Below the pieces are notes generated by a model. It saw nothing but the letters and a program-made list of their open reading frames with translations. It made no database searches and was not told the origin of the DNA. Position numbers and translations under genes: made by a program. Of a stretch of DNA of 17,782 bases, positions 16,353-17,782 are shown one piece after another; within the stretch, counting starts at the first letter, position 1, and every line of letters begins with the position of its first letter. Source of the DNA: Bdellovibrionales bacterium (lineage in GTDB: Bacteria > Bdellovibrionota > UBA1018 > CAIMNF01); contig JBEIJY010000039.1 in the NCBI GenBank assembly GCA_040380025.1, forward strand, positions 1 through 17,782, in the 5' to 3' direction.

Positions 16353-17622
16353 GCTTTGGCTCGAAGCCCGGGGCGGGTTCGGGTGCGGGAGGAATCTCGG
16401 TGTCGGGAAGGGAATCCATCTCGGGCTGTTCTTCCTTCATCGTGCCCGGGTTGAACTGCAGCTCGATCAAATACAGCGCCGTTCCTTTCTTGCTCGACTG
16501 CCCGGTCGACCAGATCCAGTTTTTATGCCGGAGCGGCGAGGTGTAGTTCGCGACCAGGAAGCGGTGGTCATTCAACGGAATCACCGACGGAAACGCCGTA
16601 TCGCCCGCCGAGGGCAGATCAAACACCCAGCGGAACTCGCGAGTGATCCGGTTCAGGTGATAGAGCGCCGTGCGCTTGCGCGTGAGCGAGTAGCGCGCCA
16701 GATACAGCCAGCGTTGCATGTTGAAAGGTAGGTGGCGCCAGTAGCGATCATACGGCCCGCCGAGATCCCGCCGGGCGACGAGATAAATTTCGCCGTCCAC
16801 CGAGAACATCTTCGGAGAATCATAGCGGTTCGGGTTTGCGATCGTGGGGACATCCCACTTCTCGTACTGTCCGGGTTCGGCGCTGATCACATGCGAACCC
16901 CAGCCGGTCTGATCGCCGTCCTCGAGCCGGGTCACGCCCCACATCCGGCCCGCGCGATCGAATTCGAAGCTCACCTCCGAGACGCCGCCCTCGTACACCT
17001 GCGGTGTTTTTGCGCCGTTCACGGGGGTCCAGCGCACGCCATCGACGCTCTCCCGGAAATTCACATACACGGGCTTCGGAAGAAACGAGTAATGGGCCCC
17101 GTGATACGAGGTCATGTAGAGTTTGCCGAAGCGCTTTTTGATGTCCCAGATCATTTCTTTCGGGAACTCGCTTGCGTCCTCGACATTCCAGTTGGCCTCG
17201 CTCACTCGCTGGAGCTTGTGGACTTTTTTCGGGGTGAACTCGAGACTCTTTTTGCCGAGCTGGCAGTAGAAAAAGAAAAGCGAGCCGTTCATGTCGTAAA
17301 AATGGGGCTCCCGTACGTCTTCGCCCTCTTGAATCGTTTTTTCGAGAATCCAATTCTGCCCCTGATCGGACGAGGACAGAATGTGCATCAGGGTTTTCGG
17401 CGAGGCGAAGTGGGTGGGGGCCGTCCGGAAGGCCAGATACAGGCGACCGTCGAAATCATGAATCGCGACATTGTTGTTGGAGTGGAACACCTGCAGTCCC
17501 TCGGGAAGGTTTCCGGAGGGGACCACCCAACGGAAGTTTTCTTGGGTGATCTGGTGAGGAACCGCGAACGAAAGAACCGGAAGACAGCACAGAAGCAGAA
17601 CAAAGAGAGATGCCAGTTTCAT
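16345..17622 (-). CDS. Secreted Asp-box (BNR/sialidase-fold) beta-propeller protein (425 aa)
   Basis: Start placed at ATG 17622 (MKLASLFVLLLCCLPVLSFA signal). Asp-boxes SSSDQGQNW and ESVDGVRW, plus DVREPHF and SAGDTAFPS; acidic Pro-rich tail. Confidence 0.8.
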   Translation of the reverse strand: MKLASLFVLLLCCLPVLSFAVPHQITQENFRWVVPSGNLPEGLQVFHSNNNVAIHDFDGRLYLAFRTAPTHFASPKTLMHILSSSDQGQNWILEKTIQEGEDVREPHFYDMNGSLFFFYCQLGKKSLEFTPKKVHKLQRVSEANWNVEDASEFPKEMIWDIKKRFGKLYMTSYHGAHYSFLPKPVYVNFRESVDGVRWTPVNGAKTPQVYEGGVSEVSFEFDRAGRMWGVTRLEDGDQTGWGSHVISAEPGQYEKWDVPTIANPNRYDSPKMFSVDGEIYLVARRDLGGPYDRYWRHLPFNMQRWLYLARYSLTRKRTALYHLNRITREFRWVFDLPSAGDTAFPSVIPLNDHRFLVANYTSPLRHKNWIWSTGQSSKKGTALYLIELQFNPGTMKEEQPEMDSLPDTEIPPAPEPAPGFEPKQD

Positions 17623-17668
17623 GGGTGCAGTCTGCAATGGTTTTCAGTGATTGTCGATTCGAATTGCA

Positions 17669-17782
17669 AACCGCAACCGTTGATTGTGCTTTGATCAAAT
17701 GCGGGATGGGGGGAAGGGATCTGGAAGGATTCGGTTTTTGCCTCCGAGCCGGGTCCTCCGGCCTCGCTTTCGCCATCCTGGC
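17669..17782 (-). mobile_element. Partial copy of the MITE-like element: near-identical core, diverged arm, truncated by window end
   Basis: 17734-17782 matches the reverse complement of 16225-16273 at 48/49. 17669-17691 matches the element terminus at about 18/23 and lies at the expected distance from the core. Confidence 0.8.

Noticed and set aside
16152..16454. Short ORFs across the palindromic element (16152-16454, 16156-16341, 17456-17776)
   Set aside because: No RBS or transposase motifs; shared peptides simply reflect the repeated DNA.
1..17782. Circular plasmid or phage suggested by the 21-bp terminal direct repeat
   Set aside because: No replication, partition, integrase or virion genes; content is chromosomal (hrpB, pepA), and the repeat lies within a multi-copy element.

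Overview
GC-rich bacterial chromosomal segment. The mix of Cys-rich lipoproteins, an RCC1-repeat lipoprotein and sigma28/sigma54-type promoters suggests a Bdellovibrionota-like organism, which is inference only. There are 12 credible CDSs. Recognisable genes are hrpB helicase, an M17 leucyl aminopeptidase, a CDF metal transporter and an RMD1/DUF155-like protein. The rest are a putative outer-membrane beta-barrel, a secreted Asp-box propeller and six predicted lipoproteins. The best candidate for an undescribed system is a four-gene block (9408-16126) of uncharacterised Cys-rich lipoproteins. By eye it resolves into two paralogous pairs, each preceded by a sigma28/FliA-like promoter; a third such promoter precedes the RCC1 lipoprotein. 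The window also has three copies of a ~200-bp non-coding palindromic element. The complete copy (16141-16339) has 15-bp perfect terminal inverted repeats, a flanking 11-bp direct repeat resembling a target-site duplication, and a branched hairpin core. Two partial copies form the window ends. No transposase, CRISPR array, rRNA or tRNA was seen.
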